Source: Cyanidioschyzon merolae (Eukaryota). From it: a DNA stretch of 64,000 nucleotides. The notes under the pieces were generated by a model. It worked only from the letters and a program-made list of their open reading frames with translations. It was not told the DNA's origin and made no database searches. Location: the NCBI GenBank assembly GCA_000091205.1, contig AP006494.2. One strand, written 5' to 3'. Within the stretch, counting starts at the first letter, position 1, and every line of letters begins with the position of its first letter. The translations under genes were made by a program, and so were the position numbers. This document shows positions 10,494-19,814 of this stretch, piece by piece.

Positions 10494-12842
10494 ATGGTGG
10501 TGAAAGCCGGTCTTCTTGAACATATCAAGGATCCGTACAGGGAAAAGTTGCGAGACGCTATCAAAAAACGTCTCGATTCGTACTCCAAGAGTATTGTCAA
10601 GGCGTCGTCAGGACTGATGCATGTGACGAGGGAGATGTATGAAGACGTGACGCACATCGGAACGGTCGAGATTCCGGACGAGTTTTTCGACAAGACCTTT
10701 ATTCGTCATGTGATGCTTGGTACAGAGGAAGCACGGAAGGAAAATGAGCTAGTGCATGCCCTCCACGAAAACTTCGCGGAATTCCGCTTCGAGGGCACTC
10801 GGTACAAGGGTGACTCGGATATGTACACATATGGGGCAATGAAGTACATTACGAACCTGAAGAACCATTTGACAGAGAACCTCGAACGTTTCATGAAACG
10901 CGTCGTGTTTGCACTCTACCCAGGCATCTCTTGCAATGGAAAATGGGCGATTATCAATGGCATCACGAACGATCGAAAGTATGAAGATGAGATCGAATTT
11001 GTCGACAGGAAGGCGCCGAGAGTGAGCGCGAAAGAAGCTTCTGCGATCCGCGCGGTTTTACAAGAGCATCGTGCGCTACTGGGGCTGGCGAATCCAACAG
11101 ACAAGATATCAGAGTTGAAAAAAGATAAGGAAAGATACTATCGCCTCGTCCTGCGGTATTTCGTGTTTCTGGATCGTTAACTCGAACGCTAAGCGGAGAT
11201 GAAGCTGAGTGAAGAGACAAATGAAGAGTGGGAGAGACGGAAGGCTTTCCTAATGGGGAAGCGCTTCAACGGCGTTCCAATGTGCAAGATCAAGTCACAT
11301 TTTGTGACTATCGACTCCGCAGTCCTTCATGGCATCATGAAGGAGATCAGTCCGGAGTTCAGTGTCAGCAGGGAGGAATTCTCCGGTGAAAACCGGGAGA
11401 CGCACTGGAAGAATATCTTCGATTTCAAACGCCTCTAAGTAAGCAAACAAAGGGTATTTACAGGGTTGATCGAAACAGATGGAGTAGCCTTGTGTGTACA
11501 CTATCGGCGCTTGAAGACAGATCGTCCAGCACCGCCCGTTACGAAGGATGGAGAAAAGGAGGAGGCTGGTCCTGCGACACAGGAGGTGGAGGATAATGTC
11601 CTTGTCGTTGACGCGGCGAAGGATGAGGATCAGAAGGAAGCGGGTCTTGCGATGCAGGAAGTGCATGAGAAGGACCTTGTCGTTGACGTCACGAAGTATG
11701 AAGATGAGAAGGAGGCGGAACCTGCGATGCAGAATGTGGAGGATAACGACCTTATCGTTGATGCGGCGGAGCATGAGGAAAACAAAGAGGAGGATTCTGC
11801 GACGCAGGAAGTAGAGGATAACGACCTTGTCGTTAACGCGGAGAAGCATGAAGAAACCAAGAAGGCAGGTCCTGTGACACAGAAAGTGCAGGGTAACGAC
11901 TTTGTCGTTGGCGCGGACCCTGGGAATACGAATATTATAGCCGTCGCTGTACCCAAGCGTGCGGAAGATGGTGCTGACGGTAACTTGCGTCAGAAAGACA
12001 TGCGTCTGTTGAGGTTCTCGAGAGCAAGATACTATCGAGAATCCTGTATAATGAATGCGAGGAAGAAAATCGTCAAATGGAATTCAGGAATGAAAGATCA
12101 CCTGGAAGCTTTGAGCGAGGTGACGAGTCGAGGAGCGGACTTTAAAGCTTTTCGGGAGTTCATGAAAGTTCGCGTTGCCCATTGGGATGCACTGGGGGAG
12201 GAGTATACCAAGCCCCCGGTGGGCTCGTTTGCGTATGAATTTGTATTTTGGGAAGCAGCGGGCGTTCGCGAATTTTTTCAATCAATTGAGTGCCCTGAAG
12301 GATGATGAAAGTCAGAGGCTCGTAGTAGCGTACGGGGCAGGGCAATGGAAGACCCAAAAAGGAACTACGCCAGCTCCAACGACGAGGGTGTACAAGGAGT
12401 GCGCAAGGCGTTTTGTTACAATACCTGTAGATGAGTTCCGAACATCGTATACACACCACGACTTGGGGTGTACACTTCAGAGCGTGGAGTTAGAAAAGTG
12501 CCCGCGGAGCCTTGAGGATATAAAAAAGTATGGACCGCTGACGGTAGAGCAAAATGGAAAGGATGTCGAAAGTTCGTGGACTACTTGCATTAATAAGTAG
12601 AACCAGTGATGGTAAGAAACGTATGGAGTTTGTGAACCGAGATTTTAATGCCGCTATCAATATAAGGAAATGTGCGGTGCTGGAGAATAGACCTCCAGAG
12701 TGGACAAGAGAGAACTTTATTGGACAACCTCTCAAAGTGGAACTATATGCGAAAAAGTTTGAAGAAGTGGTGTGTGGCCGGTCGAGAAAAACGAGGAGGC
12801 GTCTGCACGTCAGTTGGCGACGATTTGTCTATGGCGCCGGCC
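10494..12842 (+). pseudogene. TnpB/Fanzor-like nuclease gene, originally about 780 codons, broken by two in-frame TAA stops (11178, 11193) and at least two frameshifts (about 12200 and about 12560)
   Basis: Pieces are 10494..11180, 11199..11438, 11466..12305, 12175..12600 and the first 96 codons of 12554..14959. Where copy 1 reads FLDR*LER*AEMKL, copy 2 reads FLERELERQAEMEL, so these are point nonsense mutations, not introns. Confidence 0.6.
11580..11885 (+). repeat. Four tandem 75-bp (25-aa) acidic repeats ([14 protein letters not shown]...Q) inside copy 1, directly abutting RuvC-I
   Basis: Units [25 protein letters not shown] / [25 protein letters not shown] / [25 protein letters not shown] / [25 protein letters not shown] are followed by [14 protein letters not shown]. 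Copy 2 has a single unit. Confidence 0.8.
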
Positions 12843-12889
12843 GCTACTACTGCACGCCGTTGGCGTCTTTCGACTTTCGAACGGCGTTG

Positions 12890-14959
12890 ATGATGCCCTG
12901 CGTTCGTATGAGGCGTTCGTTTTCGAAAATAGCGCTGTGTTCCGCTGCGGCTTTTGTTTCGTCTGCAACGGTGCTGTTGCTTGGCGGGTATGACTCGCGA
13001 TGGTACACCCCTTTGGTTGCGAGAGCGCACTCGGCTAGCGTGGCGTCTGTGGACCACGGGCCGTTGCCGGTGCTCGAGACGCCACCGCGTCGTCACGCGC
13101 AGCTGCGAGTGTTAAAAGAGAGCGGCATGCGTTATGAATCTGTCCAAAAACGGAAAGCCGAAGCTGGAGGCGACGGCTCATCAAAAGAGGCTATGAGTGC
13201 AGTGGTACCGAGCGCTTTGCCGGAAGACGGCCTCTTCGATATTCTCGTCGTTGGTGGCGGCGCGACCGGCTCCGGCGTTGCACTCGACGCAACGCTCCGT
13301 GGACTCCGAGTTGCTCTAGTAGAGCGGAACGATTTCGCGTCTGGCACGTCGTCTCGTTCGACGAAACTCATTCATGGTGGTGTCCGGTACTTGGAAAAGG
13401 CGTTCTTTCGTGCTGACCCTGCGCAACTAAAGCTCGTCTTCGAAGCTTTGCATGAGCGAGCGATCATGCTCCGTCAAGCGCCTCACTTGACACAACCGCT
13501 GCCGACGATCCTGCCGTGTTACAAATGGTGGGAGATCCCATTCTATTGGGCTGGGCTCAAGGCCTACGACTTTCTGGCCATCGCAGGCAATGGCGCGCTC
13601 TATATGAGCAAGTTCCTCTCGGCGGCGGAAGCGCGGCGTCAGTTTCCGACCCTTTCAGCGCGCCGTGGCCGGGACGGCGCCACCCTCAAAGGCAGTATTG
13701 TGTACTACGATGGCCAGATGGATGACGCGCGATTCAATGTGACGCTTGCAGTGACGGCGGCGCTACACGGGGCAGTGATTGCAAATCACACTGAAGTTTC
13801 GGGCTTGATCAAGGATGCCTCAACTGGAAAGGTCATTGGCGCAACAGTTCGTGATCGTTTCACCGGAGAAGAATTTCCGGTCTACGCGCGAGTGATTGTG
13901 AACGCAACCGGCCCGTTTGCGGATCGGATACGAGCGATGGACGAGGGACCTGAGGCGCTCGGTCCCCAACGCATGATAGTTCCGTCATCTGGGGTGCACG
14001 TTACTCTGCCCAGTTACTATTCTCCGGAAGGCATGGGTTTGATTGTACCAAAAACGCGCGACGGTCGGGTTGTCTTCATGTTGCCATGGTTGGGATCGAC
14101 AATTGCCGGCACCACGGATTCAAGCACGGAGATTACGGACATGCCACGTCCGCATGAGGCGGAGATTGAGTTTATCTTAGACGCGCTTCGTGATTATCTG
14201 AACGTGGAAGTGCGTCGAAAGGATGTTCAGAGCGCATGGAGTGGTATTCGACCGCTTGCAATAGACCCCAAAGCGAAGGACACACAGAATATCCTTCGTG
14301 AGCACACAGTCCACGTCTCTGGCTCGGGTCTGCTGACCATCGCGGGTGGCAAATGGACGACTTACCGAAAAATGGCACAGGACACTGTGGATACTGCTAT
14401 CAAAGTTGCAATGTTGGAGTCTCGCGTGAAGCACAAGTGCTTGACAGAGAAGGTCATCCTCACCGGAGGTCATACTTATGACCCGTCGTATTTCGCTTTT
14501 CTCACGCAGCACTATGAAAGAGTGAAATACTCTGTCAGTAAGGGTGCCAAACTCCAGACCACGACGCTGGACGTAGACATAGCGCAACATCTTGCTCGAG
14601 CCTACGGAGATCAAGCTTACAAGATCTGCGATATTGCGAGCAGGGAAGATGCTGGTTACGGCAAACGCATTGCGCATGGCTACCCGTATATTGAAGCAGA
14701 GGTCGTGTACGCAGCTGAAAACGAATACTGTGAGACAGCCCAGGACTTTTTGGCGAGACGCTCGCGTCTTGCGTTTCTGAACGCCCGGGCGGCGAAAGAG
14801 GCGCTTCCCCGCATCGCTGAGATTCTCGCTGAGATCCACGGCTGGAGTCGCACCCGCTTGCAGACGGAAATGAAGGAGGCAATGGAGTTTCTCGAGACGT
14901 TTGAGTCCGGTCGTACGACTGGTGAGGTCGGTGAACAGGTTGAAGCAGTGGCCGCATAA
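12890..14959 (+). CDS. FAD-dependent glycerol-3-phosphate dehydrogenase (mitochondrial GPD2/GUT2-type), about 690 aa
   Basis: DILVVGGGATGSGVALDATLRGLRVALVERNDFASGTSSRSTKLIHGGVRYLEKA is the FAD/GlpA-family N-terminus. Start placed at the in-frame MM at aa 113 of the ORF-track ORF 12554..14959; the upstream 112 codons belong to the transposon tail. Confidence 0.82.
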   Translation: MMPCVRMRRSFSKIALCSAAAFVSSATVLLLGGYDSRWYTPLVARAHSASVASVDHGPLPVLETPPRRHAQLRVLKESGMRYESVQKRKAEAGGDGSSKEAMSAVVPSALPEDGLFDILVVGGGATGSGVALDATLRGLRVALVERNDFASGTSSRSTKLIHGGVRYLEKAFFRADPAQLKLVFEALHERAIMLRQAPHLTQPLPTILPCYKWWEIPFYWAGLKAYDFLAIAGNGALYMSKFLSAAEARRQFPTLSARRGRDGATLKGSIVYYDGQMDDARFNVTLAVTAALHGAVIANHTEVSGLIKDASTGKVIGATVRDRFTGEEFPVYARVIVNATGPFADRIRAMDEGPEALGPQRMIVPSSGVHVTLPSYYSPEGMGLIVPKTRDGRVVFMLPWLGSTIAGTTDSSTEITDMPRPHEAEIEFILDALRDYLNVEVRRKDVQSAWSGIRPLAIDPKAKDTQNILREHTVHVSGSGLLTIAGGKWTTYRKMAQDTVDTAIKVAMLESRVKHKCLTEKVILTGGHTYDPSYFAFLTQHYERVKYSVSKGAKLQTTTLDVDIAQHLARAYGDQAYKICDIASREDAGYGKRIAHGYPYIEAEVVYAAENEYCETAQDFLARRSRLAFLNARAAKEALPRIAEILAEIHGWSRTRLQTEMKEAMEFLETFESGRTTGEVGEQVEAVAA

Positions 14960-16519
14960 TGACGTGAGCGCAGAGCGTATGTATTTCAAAAGTATCATCT
15001 TCTTGATCGACGAGACTGGCAAGTCACCTTGGTAACTAGGAGCGAGCGCGTGCCCTTTTACCCAGTCCCTGGTTCCAAACTGGAAACGATCGGGCGTACG
15101 GATGGATTTCGTATGCGTTGAACAGCGTCGCTGGTGCTTAGGCTTGGAGCGTTCGTCCTCATGAGCTGCTGAATGCTCTGCGATCAAGATATCTGTAAAC
15201 ATATCGTGCATGAGTGGCTGATCATGCGTGGCACCGAGAGCGCGCTGCAGCTGGATGAACCTGGAATCGACAAGCTGCGGTCTAGCTTGCACGCGGTGCC
15301 GCGCTAGAGTATCCTGGGTTCTTGGCAGCTCTCGAAACTGAGTTTGTACTGGACGGGAGACTCCCGAAGGCGGACACGTTAAGAAAAAGTAGCTCGCTGG
15401 CTGTACCGGACATTGACACTGCTTTTCCTGTTTCTCAGTGCCAAGAAACGAGTAATAGACAATAACGCGCATTTCCCTGAGTTGCTATCGTGGTTTTCGG
15501 CACCAGGCTGAGCCGACGGCTGAACACACGAGCACGACAGTTGACCCTGCTCCCAGAATCCTGTGCATCGATGCATCACCGCTGCGCTGCGCACTTGTTC
15601 GCCATCATTTCTTCTCGGGATCGAGCGCATTCCCAGGCGCATCTTTCGCTTGAACATGCCAGTCGCAGTGCAGTAACGAAACTGCATGAAATGGACGCGC
15701 ATGGGAAGCGCGATGTTCACGAGAGCGTCGTCACGCGCTGCGCCTTGTCAAAGGCAGATGCGATCAGTAACGCGACAAACGTTTTACGATCGTGGAGTAT
15801 GTCTATATATGTGTAGACCCGCCCCTAGACGCCCCCCGGCCTTTTGCGACCGGTCTCCTGTTATCCGCTTCAGTCTATGCAGACACACTTCGCGCCTGAG
15901 AGGCTACACCATGGAGTTGGATGGACCCAGCTCCTTGGGTCTCGTCTACAGAATCACACATCCTCTGATACCGATTGCGGCGTTGACTGCTCTACGTTCA
16001 CGAAGTCCTTGCGTGCAGTTCTGTTAGTTGAACTCACTATTGCAAGGGTTGCGAGGACATGTGCCCTCTGTGCCACTACAGTCTCCTGTACCTCCACTGT
16101 TCTTCTTCTTGTTTGTCACTTGCTCTCCTTGGCTCTATGGTCGGCGAGTAGAGGATTTTTCGGTTTTTTAATCGAACCCGGCGCCACCGGGCCTCCATGA
16201 TCTTTGACTTTTATATTTGTAACTTTCACTTAGATTATTTATTCTTTTTAAATGAACGCACTTCGAGAGCATCTGTTATAAACCGCGACAAAGAACTTGG
16301 TGACGCGCATCTGAGGGATGGAACACAATTCAGATGAAAGACCGCAAGTGTGCACAACGAGTGCAGTTCGTTTGTGCGCGGGGCCCTTTGGAGGTAACTG
16401 GTACAATATGTATTCTTTTCTTGCGTATTTCAGAGCAAACGATATGTCTGTTCGCACCATCGCATCCGCGCATGCGCCTTCGCGGAATACCGGGTTCAGA
16501 AGCTCTTCTCCTTTATCTT

Positions 16520-17990
16520 TTGGGACGAAATAGACAACTCTTCTAGTCTTTTAACTCAGTTTTGGTCCGCGCACGCTGAATGGAATAGAATGCTATTTGG
16601 TAGTGGATAGCACGAGATCGACGTCAAGATGCAATGCACCCTATAGATCGCAGACGAATTCAGTATAGGATATGTATTCTATGCTGACCAGTACACGGAG
16701 CACTGGATTCCTCTTTAAGATCAGTGATACTACAGTACTCTGATGGTTGAGGAACACTGAACGAAAGAAGTGCATGCGCTCTGGGACAAGAACCAATATG
16801 CCCACGGCGTGCTTGCGATCAATGCTAGGAAACGACCCGTTGATCACTTTAGGGAACGTAAAAGTGCCGATCGTAGTCGCCACGGGCGTCTCTGTTTCTC
16901 AAAGGCTTGTTTGCGTGCTCCTGGAAACACCGGGATACAGTCGCCTAGAAGAATCCCAGCTCACTCACTACCACCATCCACCGAAAGCTGAACGACAGCG
17001 TTACGGGAGCGTTGCGATCTGTGTAGAGTACAGGGACGTCGATGGGTCCCAGTCGATGAGACATCCCTCGGAAGATACCATCGAAGCGTATAAGGATATT
17101 CGTGGAGCAGGGCACCTATTGTGCGCACCATCAAACTCGAAGAGACTAACGACATCATCGACTTTTCTAGCAGCAGTGGACTCATTTGGCAGCCTCACTT
17201 TCGCTGCTAGAGAAGCTCCATCTAACAGCACCAAACTCTTTGCCGAATCATTGAAGACTTTTCCCTGACGTCCGGCGACGTCATTCTATTAAACAACATG
17301 GAATTTTACCATTCCACTTGCGTCCGAGTATTTGCCCGTACTCTCGAAGTGTAGAGCTGGTTTTCACACCCGAGTACGCTCCATGCTTCAACCCATCGAA
17401 GGAGTGTTTTCTGCTGTGAAACGTAATGATCGCTCCATCGGGCGAATTGCTGACGCGTTCTCAGCGCACGGCGACGCGGGGACACATGTGGCCTCTCTTG
17501 CACAAGTCCTACCTCCTCCGGTGATGTCCTCACCGACGAGCATAGACAAGTGCGTTCATTTGAAGAAATAAAAAATCCAAGGGAAAGTCATGTAAATGGA
17601 AATCGAAGATCCTAGAGAGGCATCATCGCCGAGTTCGACAAAAAAATCCTCTTCTCGCCAAACATCAAGCGAAGAAGAACGACTGAGAAAGGAGAAAAAG
17701 AAGAAGAAGGCAGGAGATAGACCAGAGAAATGCTTGCCTAACCAGGCGATGACGAGATTGTGGCGCCACAGCGAGCACGACTTCTAGCAATCCTTGCATT
17801 GGTGAGTTCAACCGGCGTCAATGCACGCAAAGAGCTCGTGAACCGAGAATTCAACGTCGCCATCAGTATCAGACGATTTTTGGTGCTGAAAACGAGACCC
17901 ACGGAGCTAATGCGATCCAACTTCGTGGGCAGCCCCTCAACTTCGAAGAAATACCTGAATAAACTGAAACCGATTGCAGGCGGGCGGGGG
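16520..17990 (+). mobile_element. Composite dispersed repeat, copy A (about 1.4 kb): 5' module with a DE(T/S)xF-like remnant, then the Fanzor-like 3' tail (17800..17990)
   Basis: Collinear about 70% nucleotide similarity with copy C (60520..61640) and with the reverse complement of copy B. It shares the 24-mer gccacgggcgtctctgtttctcaa with copy C. The tail translates ...KELVNREFNVAISIRRFLVLKTRPTELMRSNFVGSP...KPIAGGRGVRK. Confidence 0.5.
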
Positions 17991-18273
17991 GTCAGAAAAT
18001 GCCCGGAGGCGTCTACATGCGGGTATCTATATTTACTCTCTGTGGTCTTGAAACGTTTACCGTTTCAATGCTCACACATATTGCAACAGCCATATCGCGT
18101 CATCGCACAGGCGATGTGTCCATCGGCAACGCCTAGCTGTTGATCAAACGATCCGGCGGGCGCGATATGCCACCCTCGGAGTGCGATCAAACATCCAGGC
18201 TCACAGGCGGACGCTGCGAGTGTACTTCCCTCGCAAGCCGCTGAGGTGTGCCTAGCGCTCGCTTTGAAGCAGT

Positions 18274-19413
18274 ATGCAGCCCAAAGGATTATTGCGAATA
18301 TATCGCAAGTTCTGCACAACCGTGACGTCACCGGTGGGGTCTACAGCTAGCACCGTGCCAAACTGGGAAAAAGTTGTTACGGACGCCCTGGATCCTCATG
18401 TTCAGGTTCGCTCAGACTGGAGTAGAAGAGACGTAGAGGAAACCTATTGGCAGCCGTTGCACCAATTGATCTTCCAGGCAGCCGCAGTTCATCGTGTTGC
18501 TTTCAAGGCTAACCAGGTGCAAAAGTGCACACTGCTGTCCATCAAGACCGGAGGATGCCCGGAAACCTGCAAGTACTGCTCCCAGTCTGCGGCGTACAAA
18601 ACGGACGTGAAGGCAGAGCCGCTTATGCAGGTCGAAGAGGTGCTTCGCGAGGCGCGCCTTGCGAAGGAGCGAGGCTCGACGCGTTTCTGTATGGGAGCAG
18701 CGTGGCGAGGCCCAGCACAGGTGGGTCCCCGTCAGTTCCAGCGGGTGCTCGACATGGTCCAGGGCGTGCGGGCGCTGGGCCTTGAAGTATGCGCCACACT
18801 CGGGTTGCTGAACGCTGAGCAAGCAAAGGCGCTGAAAGAGGCAGGCTTGACGGCTTACAATCATAACCTGGACACAAGCCGAGAATTCTACAGCACCATC
18901 ATCTCCTCACGGTCGTTTGAGGACAGGCTTGCAACTATTAGGCATGTTCGAGCCGCTGGCATTCAGGTCTGCTGCGGCGGAATTCTTGGCCTCGGTGAAT
19001 CCCACGCCGATCGCATCTCGCTCCTGCAAACGCTGGCGACGATGCAACCCCATCCCGAGTCTGTTCCGGTGAATATGCTTGTGCCGAGCAAGGGCACGCC
19101 ACTGGAAAGTTCGCAACCGATTCCGTTCTGGGACTTGTGTCGTATGATCGCTACAGCTCGTATCCTTATGCCAGCGAGCATGGTACGCCTCAGTGCGGGT
19201 CGTATTTCGCTATCAGAAGCGGAGCAAATGATTTGCTTCATGGCGGGTGCGAATAGCATTTTCACGGGCGAGAAACTGCTCACCACCCCGAACAATGATC
19301 TTACAGAGGATGACGCTATGTTCAGACGCCTCGGTTTTGAGGGAAAACCACCGTTCGTTGAAACACGACGAATACCGTCCTCTGCGAAGCCGCAGATTTC
19401 CCTAAGCCAGTAG
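18274..19413 (+). CDS. Biotin synthase (radical-SAM, BioB/BIO2 type) with N-terminal presequence
   Basis: GGCPETCKYCSQS radical-SAM CxxxCxxC cluster in BioB context, plus LKEAGLTAYNHNLDTSREFY and ICFMAGANSIFTGEKLLTT, which are typical of biotin synthase. Confidence 0.9.
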   Translation: MQPKGLLRIYRKFCTTVTSPVGSTASTVPNWEKVVTDALDPHVQVRSDWSRRDVEETYWQPLHQLIFQAAAVHRVAFKANQVQKCTLLSIKTGGCPETCKYCSQSAAYKTDVKAEPLMQVEEVLREARLAKERGSTRFCMGAAWRGPAQVGPRQFQRVLDMVQGVRALGLEVCATLGLLNAEQAKALKEAGLTAYNHNLDTSREFYSTIISSRSFEDRLATIRHVRAAGIQVCCGGILGLGESHADRISLLQTLATMQPHPESVPVNMLVPSKGTPLESSQPIPFWDLCRMIATARILMPASMVRLSAGRISLSEAEQMICFMAGANSIFTGEKLLTTPNNDLTEDDAMFRRLGFEGKPPFVETRRIPSSAKPQISLSQ

Positions 19414-19746
19414 GTGCACTTAAAGATGCTCTGAATACAACAACCGCTATCCTGTTGGGCAAGAACGGCTCGCAGGAGCGAAGCGGTCGCGCGAAAAGCA
19501 CTGGTTCTGTAGACCTTGTGGGATCCCCGGCAATACAGAACCCGGAGTGCGTCGCCCGCTGGTGTCGTAAACAACGCGGCCCTCGAGATGTTCCAGAGGT
19601 TTACGGCGAGAGCTGCTTGCCGGTCGTTTTCCGTAGGCCGACCCGGCAATGCTGCTCAATGCAATGAACAGAGATTCAATTCTAGTTTGAGGGTTATACA
19701 AGGTGTACGTCGCTGCAGCACAGCTGGAACGAGTCCATGCAGTGGC

Positions 19747-19791
19747 AGCGTCCGCGAGGCGTCCGCGAGGCGTCCGCGAGGCGTTCGCGAT
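19747..19791. repeat. Tandem 12-mer (GCGTCCGCGAGG) about 3.5 copies
   Basis: Seen directly: gcgtccgcgaggcgtccgcgaggcgtccgcgaggcgttcgcga. Confidence 0.9.
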
Positions 19792-19814
19792 GGGCGGCAG
19801 GCAGGCCGCTTCCA

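Larger units (their letters stand above)
10045..12842 (+). mobile_element. TnpB/Fanzor-like RuvC-nuclease element, copy 1 (decayed; boundaries approximate)
   Basis: Nucleotide and protein homology to the second copy at 40577..43120 begins about 10045 and ends about 12842. Internal ORF pieces carry Ruv[16 protein letters not shown] (about 11910), a ZF-position remnant VDEFRTSYTHHDLGC (about 12427) and RuvC-III NRDFNAAINI (12635..12664). Confidence 0.6.

Noticed and set aside
11295-11849. 184-aa minus-strand ORF ([10 protein letters not shown]... repeats)
   Set aside because: It is the antisense reading of the 75-bp tandem repeat inside Fanzor-like copy 1. Its periodicity is inherited from the repeat.
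12554-14959. 801-aa ORF as a single protein
   Set aside because: The first 96 codons are the decayed Fanzor-like tail (they match solo tail copies that carry stops) and the rest is a complete G3PDH. It is treated as a read-through artefact, not a fusion protein.
16160-16200. tRNA-like GGTTCGATT (T-psi-C) motif on the minus strand
   Set aside because: There is no complementary T-stem or acceptor stem. The flanking sequence is A-rich and non-pairing.
16747-17268. 173-aa ORF, and counterparts at 27993..28391 (-) and 60881..61075, as host genes
   Set aside because: The same sequence occurs three times at about 70% identity on alternating strands with internal stops, so these are repeat-family modules, not single-copy genes. 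The Tc1/mariner assignment of the DETxF motif is too weak to call a transposase.
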